From NCBI RefSeq assembly GCF_006345805.1, contig NC_042998.1, forward strand, positions 4,836,001-4,900,000: a stretch of 64,000 bases of DNA, read 5' to 3'. Under the pieces are notes generated by a model. It saw only the letters and a list, made by a program, of their open reading frames with translations. It searched no databases and was not told where the DNA came from. Of the stretch, positions 39,536 through 53,640 are shown one piece after another; the first letter of the stretch is position 1; the number at the start of each line of letters is the position of its first letter. This DNA is from Octopus sinensis. Its lineage: Eukaryota. The position numbers and the translations under genes were made by a program.

Positions 39536-40673
39536 GGCACCGCGAGTGTCGCGTTGCTCTCAAGCAACTCTGCCGTCCCGGGTCGACCTTGAGTGACTTC
39601 AACACAACCAAAGCATTCTATAGGGGATTAGTGGAGGGGAGGTACGACGACGAGCTCGGGGCAAACCTGGGCGTCGACGAGGAATACCTGACCCGCCTGT
39701 TTCAAACGACTTTCGGCCCGGGACCTATGGACAACTTCCAGAGATCCCTGGCCTGGCGGTGCTACCGAGAAGCGCTACCCGTTCGGGATAAGCTCTATAG
39801 GCATGGCTCGAGAAACACGGGGCCGACCTGCCCGAGATGCGGGCAGAGCGACGAAACCGCTCTGCACGCAATCGTGCAGTGTCCAGCAATTTCCCACCTG
39901 TGGGCTTATGTCGAACGACTGCTGTCACGTGTGGGACGTGTCGGTTTATCAGCCGAGTCCATCGTTAATATCGTCACGCCTCCTTCCTTCAAACGGGAAG
40001 GAAGAGCTATTTTTATCATACTTGTGGCTATGGCGAAAGAATGTATCTGGTGGACGCGTCTGAAAGGATTAGAGACAAACACTTTCCTCTCTGGTCAATC
40101 TCTCATCAACTTCTTCAAGTATCACTTGAAGAAAAAAGTGAGAGTAGAGAGGCAAGTTTTGTCTAGTGAATGTTTTAAAAAAAGATGGGTGAATGTAACA
40201 AGGATGGCACGTATGAATGACGAAGCCACCTTGACTATGATTCTATGAACAGTAAAAATTAATACAGAGAGTTGCTTATTTGCAAAAAAAAAAAAAAGAA
40301 ATATAACATGTGACTTCATTGACCGAGGTTACCGTGGTCTTTTCCGTAGGCTTTTCTTTCCACGGGTAAACCTCACCTGTCCTCCCCTTTACACTTCATA
40401 TTGACATTTCTGTGATAACGATCCCTATTGATCAATTTTTTTCCTCTCCCCCTTTTTTTAACCCCCCCTTTTTTTGTCCTCTTTCTCTCCTTTTACGATC
40501 CCTTTTGATCGACCCCCCTTTTTTATTTTATTTTATTTGTTATTTTATTATTTTATTTATTTATTTTTTTTATTTTATTTTATTTTATTTTTTTTTTTTA
40601 AACCTTCAAAAGAAAAGCTCTACCTTGTAATTTGTTCTATCTGTGTGCAGCCCTGTGTGGCTAATAAAGAAAC
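39535..40673 (+). mobile_element. 5'-truncated Tx1-clade (L1 group) LINE: open zf-RVT/CCHC C-terminus of ORF2 plus 3' UTR
   Basis: Uninterrupted frame of about 237 codons to the stop at 40248, with AWRCYREALPVRDKL, CPRCGQSDETALHAIVQC and KECIWWTR. T-rich 3' UTR and AATAAA; starts immediately after a (TATC)n array. Confidence 0.92.
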
Positions 40674-40783
40674 ATATCTAACTATATATATATTTATATA
40701 TATATGTATACACACATACCTATATGAATATATATATATGTATACATTTATGAATATATATATATATATGTATACATATACAA

Positions 40784-40824
<41 letters not shown>

Positions 40825-40830
40825 CATATA

Positions 40831-41001
40831 GGCGCAGGAGTGGCTGTGTGGTAAGTAGCTTGCTTACCAACCACATGGTTCCGGGTTTAGTCCCACTGCG
40901 TGGCACCTTGGCCAAGTGGCTTCTGCTATAGCCTTGGGCCGACTAATGCCTTGTGAATGGATTTGGTAGACGTAAACTGAAAGAAGTCTGTCGTATATAT
41001 G

Positions 41002-41035
<34 letters not shown>

Positions 41036-41250
41036 ATATATGTATATGTGTGTATATGTTTGTGTGTCTGTGTTTGTCCCCCTAGCATTGCTTGACAACC
41101 GTTGCTGGTGTGTCACTTAGCGGTTCGGCAAAAGGGACCGATATAATAAGTACTGGGCTTACAATGAATAAATCCCGGAGTCGATTTGCTCGACTAAAGG
41201 CGGTGCTCCAGCTTGGCCGCAGTCAAATGACTGAAACAAGTAAAAGGAGT
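40831..41250 (+). mobile_element. SINE family A
   Basis: GGCGCAGGAGTGGCTGTGTGGTAAG...GGCACCTTGGCCAAGTG (CORE-like)...internal (TA)n...GACTGAAACAAGTAAAAGG. Confidence 0.9.
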
Positions 41251-41261
41251 ATATATATACA

Positions 41262-41308
<47 letters not shown>

Positions 41309-42379
41309 TATAGATAGTTATCCACTATGTGGATATCTAGTAAAAATAGCTCCGAAGCAACCACAGAAGATCTGTATATATATATATATATATTTATATT
41401 CTCCAAAATGCGGAGTGATATAGAGAATACAATTTGCATATATATCTTTATATCTATATCTATCTAACTGTCTGTCTGTCTATGTATCTATCTGTCTATT
41501 TATTTATCTAATTATCTCTCTCAATATATATATATACGCAGACGTATGTATTTATGTATGTATGATCTTTCTTTGTGTTTAATTTAAGTTTTGTTTGAGT
41601 GAGTTCAAGCCGTTTGCTCACAAAGTAACAAGTCTTTGTGAGTTTAGAGAGTTCCTGATTTTTGTCAATTTAAGATTGACTTAGTGAAGTACTTATGTGT
41701 GTATGCATGTACCACGAAACATTTACTGCCTAATTTCCTGACATTTATTATACATATACACATTGATGAATATATACAAGTTTGCATACACACACACACA
41801 CATGTACGCACATACACACACATATACGCACATACATATATACCCACACACATGCACACACACACACACATACGCACATGCATGCATGCATGCATGCACA
41901 CGCGCACACCTACACGCATACACACACACACGCACGTACACATACATACATACACACACGCATACATACACCCATACACATACATGTATCCTACACACAC
42001 ATACATACACACTCACACATACATACACACACACACACACCCACACTCACACACACCTGTATGTACTCGCACACACATGCACATACACACACTTCCCACC
42101 CCCCACGTACATACATACACACTCACACACAACACACACATACACACACACACACACGGACATACATCTATGCACAGACATACATACACACATACTCACA
42201 TACATTCATCGGACACGCTGCTACCCGGACATACACACAGACACACTCACACATCCACACACATACATACTTACGCACATACTCGCAGGCGCGCGCACGC
42301 ACGCGCTTGCGCCGGTTCGCGCACGCAGACGCGCCGCAGGCACCTCGCTCTTGGACCCGACAAGACCTCCCGCCCGTTC

Positions 42380-43110
42380 CTGGGACCGTCGCGTGTCGTT
42401 GGTTTTCCGGTTTCCCACGCCCGTCTCCGCGGGACCACTCTTCCATCTTCCCCTCAGCTGGCCCTTTTTCCTTAACCCCCCCCTTTTTCGTTACACCACC
42501 GCGCACACATATACACACATTGCTTAAATATATACATTACTCTTACACACATTCATCTACTCGCCATTTATACCACCACGACACTGGACACACACACACA
42601 CTACTACTCAACCACGCTGGCACGCTACATACGCCCCCACCCTTCCCCTCCCTCCCTTCCTCCTTCCTTCTTTTTCTTACTACTGACCTTTGTCTGCTAA
42701 GCTGACCACTGTCTCGCCCTACCTCACACGCCTACACACAGACGCACACACTAACACACACATATATATTTTTTGTTTTTTCATCTCGCCTCACACACAC
42801 ACATACACACACGCCACGCACACACACACATACACACACGCACACGCACACACTCACACCACACATCTGTTGCGTTACCAACCTTGTCTCCACTCTTTTG
42901 CCTTTAAAAACCCACTTTGCTCTGTTTTCGTAAACATCCGCCTTTCACCATGTGCAACTCGTAAACACCAGTCGTCTTTTTTCTCTTTCCTGTTGCCCCC
43001 GCTCTGGGATCTTTCTTTCCTCTCTCTTCCTTCTTTATGTTTCCGACGAAGAGCTCCGCTCGAAACGTCATACCTCCCTGCTTCCATTTCCTGAGCGCCT
43101 ATTAATAATA
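42380..43110 (+). mobile_element. Degenerate Penelope-like element 3' portion with hammerhead-like terminal motif
   Basis: Same layout as 4990-5915: degraded GIY-YIG end (HARLR...LNPPLF), CA-rich spacer, then CCGACGAAGAGCTCCGCTCGAAACGTC...TCCTGAGCG. Confidence 0.6.
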
Positions 43111-43158
43111 ATACTGTAATTGTTCCATTGTTGTTGTTTTTTTGTTTCCCGTTTGGAT

Positions 43159-43235
<77 letters not shown>

Positions 43236-43679
43236 GCCTATATGTATATACGCATATTTGGACGTATATCTATCTATGTATACATAATATATTCATGTAC
43301 GTATGTACAGTAATCCCTCGCCATATCGCGTTTCACCTACCGCGCACTCAGTACGTTGCGATATTTTCTGTAAATTTATATCACGGACTCTTCAGTGTAT
43401 CGCGTGTTTCTGCGGCCGATAGATATTAATATTTTTTAGATTTTAATTATTTCTGTAGGAGGTTTTGGAACGTAACACCCACGATAGTCGAGGGATTTCT
43501 GTATAGGCATTTTTGTTTGTATGCCTTTACTTTTTATATACATATTTGTAAATATGTGTGTATTGATGTATACAGGGAGATATTATTCACCTCATGAATG
43601 CATTTGCGTGCGAGCATGTGTGTTCATGTGTATGTTTGATTGTATGTGTGTTTGTATACGTATGTTTCACATATTTCTA

Positions 43680-43908
43680 GTTCTTTACTACCCACAAGGG
43701 GATAAACACAGAGAGGACAAACAAAGACAGACAAACGGATTAAGTCGATTATATCGACCCCAGTGCGTAACTGGTACTTATTTAATCGACCCCGAAAGGA
43801 TGCAAGGCAAGGTCGACCTCGGCGGAATTTGAACTCAGAACGTAGCGATAGACGAAATACTGCTAAGCATTTCGCCCAGCGTGCTAACGTTTCTGCCAGC
43901 TCGCCACC
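43680..43908 (-). mobile_element. SINE family B
   Basis: Reverse complement of head GGTGGCGAGCTGGCAGAAACGTTAGCACG and the full core. Confidence 0.88.
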
Positions 43909-44384
43909 TATTGTTTCACATATTTCTTCACATGGTTATAAGTAGCTATAATATTCATCATGTCTTCTAAAATGCAATTTATTTCCAAAGCTCATTTCTG
44001 ACTGCATCGTGCTTGTAATTGTCTTCAAAATATTTTGCAATGCGCGCAGTTAGGCATAAGGAAGCATATTGATTGTAATAACTCTTTATTTGCTTTTGTG
44101 TACTACTGTTTGTGTGTGTATGTGTGTATGTATGTGTGTGTGTGTGTACTTTCCTTAAAGCCTTGACAATTCTTTAAACGAATTGGAAAGTTCTTATTTA
44201 TACCGACAGTATTTTTAAAAATAGAATATTCAATAATTATGGATTAAAATTTCTTCTTTAAGTACGTTAATTTTGTCTAAATCGGTTTTAGCTAAAATGC
44301 CTCATAAAACGTTTCAAAAACAACTTAATCCTACATATAACATTGATTTCAAGATTTGTCACAAAGCCATAAATTTAATTAATT

Positions 44385-44928
44385 CGACGCCAGTGCTCAG
44401 CTGGTACTTATTTCCTTGACTCAGAAAGGGTCCGTCGTCGGTAAAATTTGAATTGAAGACGTAAATGCAGACGAAACGCCGCTAAGTATTTTGTCCGGCG
44501 TGCTAACGATTCTGATTTCTTTAATGCCCACAAGGGGCTAAACATAGAGGGGACAAACAGGGACAGACAAAGGTATTAAGTCGATTACATCGATCCCAGT
44601 GTGTACCTGGTACTTAATTTATCGACCCCGAAAGGATGAAAGGGAAAGTCGACCTCGGTGGAAGTTGAATTCAGAACGTAAAGACAGACGAAACACCTAT
44701 TTCTTTACTACCCACAAGAGGCTAGACACAGAGGGGACAAACAAGGACAGACACACGGATTAAGTCGATTATATCGACCCCAGTGTGTAACTGGTACTTA
44801 TTCAATCGACCCCGAGAGGATTAAAGGCAAAGTCGAACCCGGTGGAATTTGAACTCAGAACGTAACGGCAGACGAAATACGGCTACGCATTTCGCCTGGC
44901 GTGCTAACGTTTCTACCAGTTCGCTGCC
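44385..44928 (-). mobile_element. SINE family B multimer (about 3 core units)
   Basis: Core unit of about 180 bp at about 44700-44880 and 44520-44699, plus a degenerate unit at about 44385-44515. Confidence 0.85.
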
Positions 44929-45600
44929 TTAATCCCATCTATAATATTGACGAAACTAGATCCCTTCATTTCAATCTGGGTGCATGCTTTTTAATGTCTA
45001 ATTGCCAGCATATTGCTATAGTTTATGAAAGAAACGTGTAATATCGTAATTTGAAGTATACAGTAGTGGCTTCACCGTTATCCCTTTTAAATTTCACTGC
45101 AATAATCATATACCGGCTTATAATATCACCCAAATGTTTCCATGACACTTCCTTTTCCCCTTTGATTAGGAATCTAGAAAGAAAAAGCTTAAGACAGACA
45201 AAAACGTGTTGTATGGTACAAATTGTTTAGAAGGTACAAAGTTTCGAAATTATCTACGTTTGAGGGTGGAAACAGCTTATTCATCAGAGAGCCAATAATA
45301 TAACGAACATACTCTTACCAGTATACATAAGAGCCTGAAACGTTATTTACACTATAACCCAAGGAACTATTTTAAACCGTATTATCCATTTGCAAGTTAA
45401 AACCTGTAGATGGCTAATGCCAGTAAGTCAATTTAACATTTCAATTTGACAAATTTCGCATTACTGTTTCCAGTTATATACTTTAATAAATTTCTGCCCT
45501 TTCCCACTCTTTTTTGCAATGCTTATCTTATAATATACTATCAGCGTTAGGAACAGTTTCTTTTGTAAGTATGTTTTAAGACACTTTTTTCTTGCTTATT

Positions 45601-45706
45601 CGACGGATCCGGCGCCTTTCGTGGAAGCTTTCGCCCGCTTTTTAGGACCGACTGACCCGTACTCGACCGCCGTTGGCACGGAACCCTTCTCCACTTCGGT
45701 CTTCGC
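45601..45706 (-). pseudogene. Dispersed 28S rRNA fragment (D7 region)
   Basis: Reverse complement GAAGACCGAAGTGGAGAAGGGTTCCGTGCCAACGGCGGTCGAGTACGGGTCAGTCGGTCCTAA vs conserved eukaryotic LSU GAAGGCCGAAGTGGAGAAGGGTTCCATGTGAACAGCAGTTGAACATGGGTCAGTCGGTCCT. Confidence 0.85.
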
Positions 45707-46991
45707 GAAATCATTAAAAGTTTGCTCATAATCTCTCAAAATATTTTTATTGGTTTCCATTCAACCCCTACGCCAGAAATAATTTATGTTTTTACTACCC
45801 TACTAAAATTACATATAATTAACACTGTAGCTGTTCTCGCAAATAGCTAAAAACTTTTTCCAAGCCTGAAACATCCTTGGTTTTGTATTCTTGTCGAGAT
45901 GGTCATTCTTCTCTCATCATGCTATAACAAAATGCTTTCTCGATTTCAGTTTGCATACACTTTTATTACAATTCAGTTTTGTATCTATTAACAAGTGATT
46001 TACTGTTCATTTGTTTTCTCTCTATAAGCAACAGCCTTTTAAATAATTAGTAAATAAATAAACTGTCACCATTTCAACCAGCATACGACTTGATTTTAAT
46101 GTGGGCAGCCTTACACGTGTTTTTCTTAATGTATTTATTCCAATTATTACCCTTATTTGACTCGTAAAGTATATTAATATTTTTCGTTCTCTTCTGTCGG
46201 TAAGTTTCAATAGGATAAACTTTTATGTATGCGGTGAGAATTAGATTCCTTCACTTTTAAATTAATATTCTCCGTCTTTGCCTGAACTCATTGCTTTCTC
46301 TTTCGTTTTCTCCTTTTTTCTTCGTTTCTTTCTGCTTGCCTTTCATTCGCTTAATTAATTAACAATATTTAACTATTTCTTCTCTCCCTCTGTCACTAAA
46401 CAACTTAACTGATATTTACGCCTATTTGGTTGACTAATCATCAATAAAAAAAAATTATTCCTAGGGAAAAAAAATTGAATTTTCTTTTTCTATTCAAAGT
46501 ATCCATCTTTTTCTCCGTTTATTTATTTATTTTTTTCCTCTTATCCATCTTTATCCCTTTTAATCTTTTGCAACATCTATTGTAACTTCTTATCTTTCGT
46601 ATGTTCGTTTCTTTTTATTTTTTTTTCTTCTCTCCGATTTTATCAAACTTTCTTCCTTGTCTGTCAAACTAATTTGTCAAAAATATACATAACAATAAAT
46701 CTCTAACTATATATCAGTAAATATATTTATTCTGCTTTGTCGTTAATGTAAACAATACTAATCATATATATTCACGATTGAAACAAGGTCCTTCTCATAT
46801 TGAGTATATTCAAAGAACTGATTCTTCAATAGACAGCAGAGGCAAAATACTGTCACACGAATTACGAACTAACTGTTCATACATTGTGTGAATTATTTTG
46901 TCATGTCCAGCCAATACATCTCTTCTTACCTGTGTAGTTCATTTCATGATTGCCTAAACAATCGCGCATGGAGCGAAACTCTACCTACCTA

Positions 46992-47048
<57 letters not shown>

Positions 47049-47352
47049 AAATAAGCAACATGGATATCCAGGGGTAATGCAGTACGATCTTTTCATGCAA
47101 CTCCATTTAATTGAACAATGCAAACATTACATCAATTTAAAATGCTGAGCCTCAACTTAAGTACCATATTCATCTGAAACTAAATTTTTGCTGAACTCAT
47201 TTACCATACCCAAAGTATATATATATAGCTTAGGCATGCCGTGACTAATAATCTACCTAGAGCTCATGCGCATGTTTCATAACAAAGTGCTAGATGAGTA
47301 TAGAACAGTAATAAGAAAAATAGATGAAACAGGAAAAAAGATTGGTAATATT

Positions 47353-47657
47353 ATGAACTTCATTAGCTGACAGTCGTTTCTGCTGTAAGATACAGTAGGC
47401 TCTTCGTTGAGTGTCTAAAAGCTTCATCGGAGCCTTGAATACGAAGTGCAATATATTTGGGGTAAAAGGAATGACATTTTTGTAAGGATTACAAGACATT
47501 ACCAGTGAGAAAGTCAGGTATAAATGTAATTCTTTTCCCAAATAAACTGCACTTCATATTCGAGGGATTGATGAAATTATAACGTGTTACTCAAGCACTC
47601 AGCTATGAGTCCACTGTATCTTATAACAGAAACAGGTGTAAGGTAATGAAGTTCATC
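47353..47657. repeat. Old diverged fold-back (about 130-bp arms)
   Basis: ATGAACTTCATTA...GTAAGATACAGT...GAAGTGCA...TTTGGG is mirrored by CCCAAA...TGCACTTC...ACTGTATCTTAT...TAATGAAGTTCAT. Confidence 0.75.
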
Positions 47658-48412
47658 AGATAATCGTTTATTCCTTTGTCACATTATTTTCTTATACGCA
47701 TGATTAGATAAATAGGTATGATTATATATATATATATATATTATATATATATATATATATATTATATATAATATATAACATAAAGAGAGAGAGAGAGAAG
47801 AAGTAAATAGATAGATATATGTATATGATTATATATATGTATATATATATAATACATAATTTATATATATATAGAAAGATATATATCTACATCCTATATA
47901 TATATGTATATAATATATACATACATATATATATATGTATATAAATATATAATATGCTATAATATATATATATTATATATTGTGATGTGTGTGGGTGTTG
48001 GTGTGTGTGTGGTGTGTGTGTGTGTGTGTGTGTGTGTATACAGGTGTGATCGATTTATTGACTTACAGATATGTAAAGATAGCTGTATGGATGCATATGT
48101 ATCACTTTCTCCTTTTTCACATACACGTTTAAGTGATGGATGACTTTTTTTTATATTTAATAAGTTTCTTTTTCTGTAGTTTTCCCTCTCCTTCCCACAA
48201 CACCACCGTCTCTCTCTGCCTGTCTCTTTGACTGTCTGTCTCTGTCTCTCTCCCTGTCTCTCTCCCTCTCTCCCTGTCTCTCTCTCTCTCTATCTATCTA
48301 TATGTATATATATATAACTAATGTAGCATAAAATTTCTTTCGGGAAAATTTTTTTATCAATGGCCAGCATATGAAAAAATACCTTTAAAGGTTAAATTTA
48401 TAAATAATATAC

Positions 48413-48516
<104 letters not shown>

Positions 48517-48949
48517 ATATATGTATATATATATATCACTGTGTATGTATGAATGTATGTATGCTTGTATGTTTGAATGCATATATCTTTGCCTCTCACA
48601 TTTATCTCTTCTAATATATCTTTTTATTAACTTGCCTTTTTTTTCTTAGGGAGATTTTCGCTTTCCCATTGCGACGAATTCTTGAATTGTTATCCCTACT
48701 CTCATCACGTTTTATGAACGTAATTATTTTCATTAAACACCACCCCCATCCAACCACTCACTCCTTACACACACAAAAAATTCCCTTTCTCATTTTCCCT
48801 CCTCTCCTTACAGCCACTACCGGCGCTGTTGTAGCATCCCTCTTATGATATTACTGCTATTACTGTTTATAACACCGCCATATATTATTTATTATGTATC
48901 ATATGTTACCACTGCCAGCTCCACTACTATTGCTATAACTAGTATTATT

Positions 48950-50984
48950 ACCACCACCACCACTACTACTATTACTATCATCATCGTTATTATTACTATT
49001 ATTATTATTTTTTTTATTATTATTATATTATTATTATTATTATTATCATCATCATCATTATTATTATCATTATTATTGTTGTTGTAATTATTATTATTAT
49101 TATTATTATTATTATCATTATTATCGTTGTTGTTATTATCATTATTATTATCATTATTATTGTTGTTGTTATTATTATTAATATTATCATTATTATTATT
49201 ATCATTATTATTATCACTAGTGCCATTTATTTAGCAACTACTGCCACCACCGCTCCCAGCTCCCTCCTGTCTCAGCCACCACGTCACTCTTGTCACCTAC
49301 TTCCACTACTACTGACATGACTACCACAGCCGCTGATATCTTGTTAGCAACTACCACTTCCATTCTGGTATCACCACCTTTACCATTACTACCTTCACTT
49401 ATTTCGATATCATAACCTCCACCGAACCACCACCACCACCACTACCATCACCACCACCACCACCACTACCATCACCACCACCACCACCACTACCATCACC
49501 ACCACCACCACCACTACCATCACCATCACCACCACCACTACCATCACCACCATCACCACCACCACCACCATCACCATCACCACCACCACTACCATCACCA
49601 TCACCACCACCACCACCACTACCATCACCACCACCACCACCACCACCACTACCATCACCATCACCCCACCACCACTACCATCACCACCACCACCACCACC
49701 ACCACCACCACCATCACCACCACCAACCACCACCACCACCACCACCCACCACCACCACCACACTACCATCACCACCACCACCACCACCACTACCATCACC
49801 ACCACCACCACCACCACCACTACCATCACCACCACCACCACTACCACCACCACCACTACCACCACCATCACCACCACCACCACCACTACCATCACCACCA
49901 CCACCACCACCACCACTACCACCACTACCACCACCACCACTACCACCACCATCACCACCTCCACCTCCACCACGTTTCAAAACCAGTGCTGCTGCTACAA
50001 CTGTCACTTTTTGTTCGCACGATAACAACAACCACTACCACTACCATTACTAACGTGGTATTACAAACCACCTAAATATCTTCCAACCAACCAACCAACC
50101 GCACAACTGTCTCTGCTATCTCCACCACCACAACCACCACCACCACCACCACCACCACTTCCTTACCACCACTACACCCACCTTTGTCACCAACGACTAC
50201 TACCGTCATCACTACCACCACCACCACCACCATTAATGTCATTGTCGTATCAACACCTGTATCACATTTATCCACACCTCCTGCTCTCTGCAGCCTCTAC
50301 ATCGCCACCATTATGGGAGTACCGCTTCATTTCTTCACTGTAAATAATTACTCCCCCCTCTCTCCCTATAGATGTATGTCTCACTCTCTCTCTTTTCTCC
50401 CCCCCCTCTCTCTGTGTTTTTCTTTCCCTCTCTCTATCGTATGCTCACTCTCTTTCACACACACTAACATATAAGCATACACTACTCCTTAGATTCTCTC
50501 CCCTCTCCCCCTTTTCACTCTCTGTCTAAACTACATCAAAACTTCTTCAACTTTTCTGCATTGAATAATTTCTACTTACCTCATGCTCTTCTCTCTCTCT
50601 CTCTCTTTCTCCCTCTCCCTCTCTCTCTCTCTCTCTCATTCCTTCTTTAAATTAGGCTCCCTCTCTCTGTTCCTCCTCCTACCACTTCTCTCTAATTTCT
50701 TGTAAATCACAAACTAATAATCCTCTTTCTATAGCTTACTTCTACCATGTTTATTTACAACGGTCACTTTCTTTACCACCCCACCACCACCACCACCACC
50801 ACAGACACACTCCCCTCCTCTCTGTCGTTTTGCCTGTCTGTCTGTCTGTCTCTCTTTGTCTCACTTGCTCATTATTTCCTTCTCTATTTCTCCTCCTCTT
50901 CTCGCTGCTTCTTCATATTAACTTCCCTGGATATCAACTCTACTAAGATTTTAATTTCATCTCTCTCGCACTTCATCTCCTCGT

Positions 50985-51037
<53 letters not shown>

Positions 51038-51213
51038 TTCCCTGTATGTATCTCTCACCAGCATTCCCTCTCTTTCTTCCTTTATAACTTTCCCTCTTTC
51101 TCTATCTTCCCTCTCTCTCATTTCTTATTCCTACTCTTGCTCTCTCACTCCAATTTATATTCCCCCTCTTCTTTCTCTCTCTCTCTCTCTCTCTTCCTCT
51201 TTCTCCCCATCCT

Positions 51214-51253
<40 letters not shown>

Positions 51254-51780
51254 TTCACTTTCATATTCTCTCTCTCTCTCAGCATCTACCTTCCTATCTT
51301 TCATCTTACCATTGATCAATCAACATCGACCAATCAGCTTATTGCAATTTTCTATACACCAAACTTAAGTTGCGCTGACTCCACCCACCTTGTCACTCCA
51401 ACTCTCTGACTTATACAAACAAATCAGAAACTCATTAGCCTTCTTGCTGCCTTTCTATTTCTACTTGTTATCATTGTTAATGATGTTGTCGTCGTCTTTA
51501 TATTGTTGTTCTTATTGTTGCCTTTATCTCGTCTTACTACTCTTCTTGTCAAAGCTCATATAACTTTTTCTATAATTGTTGTTCTTGTGACTGTTCTTAC
51601 TATTGTTGTTGTTGTTGTTGGTGGTGGTTGTTATTGTTCTCTCTTGTTGTTCTTAATAATGTTGCTGTAGCAATTTTGTATTCTTTCATTTTTCCTTCTT
51701 TTGCTTCTTTCTTTTCCTTCTCTTTTTTTGTTCCCCTTTTCTTTATATACTTAAGCTACTACTACTACTACTACTACTAA

Positions 51781-51849
<69 letters not shown>

Positions 51850-51870
51850 TATTATTATTATTATTATTAC
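48950..51870. repeat. Low-complexity block: (ATT/ATC)n, (ACC/ACT/ATC)n, CT-rich tracts, (CTA)n(CTT)n(ATT)n
   Basis: Directly visible; source of the poly-I, poly-V, poly-G and poly-LS ORFs. Confidence 0.93.
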
Positions 51871-52199
51871 TATTGAAGCCTTTTCATAAGGTCTTTGACA
51901 CAAATCCCATTCCTAAGATCATTAACTGTTCCAAATAGAACAGAATTTTGGAGCCTACTCTTGTCTCAGTTGATATCGAATTGTTTCAAGCAATGCAATG
52001 GTTGTGTTATGTTTTTCTTTTCGGGTATTGGGGAATAAATCTCAAGCTTCAATGATAAGTGGCATGACTTACATTTTTGTTGCTGGATCTACCAAACTTC
52101 TTGATTTCTTTAATTTTGATCCAATATATTTCTAAACTGATTGTCTGAAGGAACAACAACGTTTACTATGAGGCACTTTTTCTTTCATGCTATATATAA

Positions 52200-52610
52200 C
52201 GATCGATACCAGGCAGGGTTGCACGAGACGCGCACAAAGCAACAAAACTATACTGCACGCAACCGTGCAATCTCCGGGCATTGCTGACTTGTTGAATTAT
52301 GTCGAACAGCTGTTGATGTGGCATGTTGAATTATTCCCCCTACCGATAAAGACCATCATAAGGATCGTCCCACCATCCGCTTTTGACAGGCAGAGCAGAC
52401 GGTGCTTCTCTTTCCAGTGGCTATGGCGTAAAAGGTTGAGAAGCGGATGAAGCTGAAATGATTGAAAACAGATACTTTTGTCTTCGTCAAGCCTCTCACC
52501 GGCTTTTTAAAATTCAACTTAGAAAGTGAAATGAGAATGGGGTAGAAGTACTGTCTCATAGCGAAATTTTCAGAAGATGGGTGACTGTAGCATAAATGGT
52601 TGAGCTAATT
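52200..52610 (+). mobile_element. Older diverged relative of the Tx1-like LINE (zinc-knuckle region)
   Basis: TRQGCTRRAQSNKTILHATVQSPGIADLLNYVEQLL aligns with TGPTCPRCGQSDETALHAIVQCPAISHLWAYVERLL of the 39.5-kb copy; also shares GTGGCTATGGCG and AGATGGGTGA. Confidence 0.75.
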
Positions 52611-53640
52611 GACCTACTCAAAACATGCGCCTGTAGATCGTAGAACAGCATTTTGGGCGAAAACTTTTGATACTGGATTTGTTGAGGTTCCTTGATTACC
52701 TCCCTTTCAGGGAATTCTTCTATAACAAACCGCTATATTATACATATGTTCGCACATTTTGTATACTATGTATAAATTTCCTTTTAGTTTCCCTTTCCTC
52801 TCCCTCACTTCTCCAGCTGCATAGTATGTGAAATGTATGCGTTGTAGTTATTTAGTGAGACATGTATCGATTACGGAAGGCCCTTTTTTACCTATTGGTG
52901 TAATGATTCAGTTGAGTATATGTTGTGTGAAACCTGATATTTTATTGAGATATTTTATGAGGTACGTATTGTGTGCAGAGAGTACAGTATTTTGGATGTG
53001 CGAATTTGCCACCTTAACACGTGCGTGGAACAACTCACATCTCAAAACGCAAATCGACTGAAAGAACCTCAATATACCTTCAAACCCAACCAAATATGCG
53101 GGCTAGTATGTAATACTCAAATTGAGCTAGGCATAGTTATAAAACACCATAATCATTAAAATCCCCAAAATTAGGCAAATCGTAAGTATCATAATGAAAT
53201 GATAGTGCATCAGCGTCATAATGATTTTTTTTTTATTTGATTGGTCTGGAGGAAAGGGTTGTGTCCATAGATTTCGCAGCTCTAACTGACCATTCAGAGT
53301 GATGCTGCAAACGTTCTTTTTGAACAGTTGTAATTTTATGGCAGTTCGAAAACATGTGAAGTGAAACTATTCCAGATGGAAATTTTCATAAGTGTTTATT
53401 GTGGGTGAACATTATACGGGTGACGAGAGGAAGCGAACGAGTGAGTTAGCGTTTGAAATGAAGTGAAACGAGAAGAGCTATCTACGATAAACAAAAACAA
53501 CTGTCATACAGATGGAAAGATCTTTATTGAGAACATCGCCAGACCTTTCTTAAGGATAAATAGTCGCTGGAGTTGAACAATATTGTTGGTTGTAAGAGGA
53601 CGGCCACTATTGATATTCACTCTCTTGTTACGTCAAAGAT

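Noticed and set aside
41684-42705. ORFs of 254-307 aa rich in H and T
   Set aside because: (CA)-rich low-complexity sequence plus a degraded Penelope tail.
47640-47660. CTGATGA hammerhead core motif on the minus strand (also at about 55266 on the plus strand)
   Set aside because: No stem II followed by GAAA at a compatible distance.
49410-51409. Poly-Val, poly-Gly and Leu/Ser-rich ORFs
   Set aside because: Trinucleotide and CT microsatellites; no splice or homology support.
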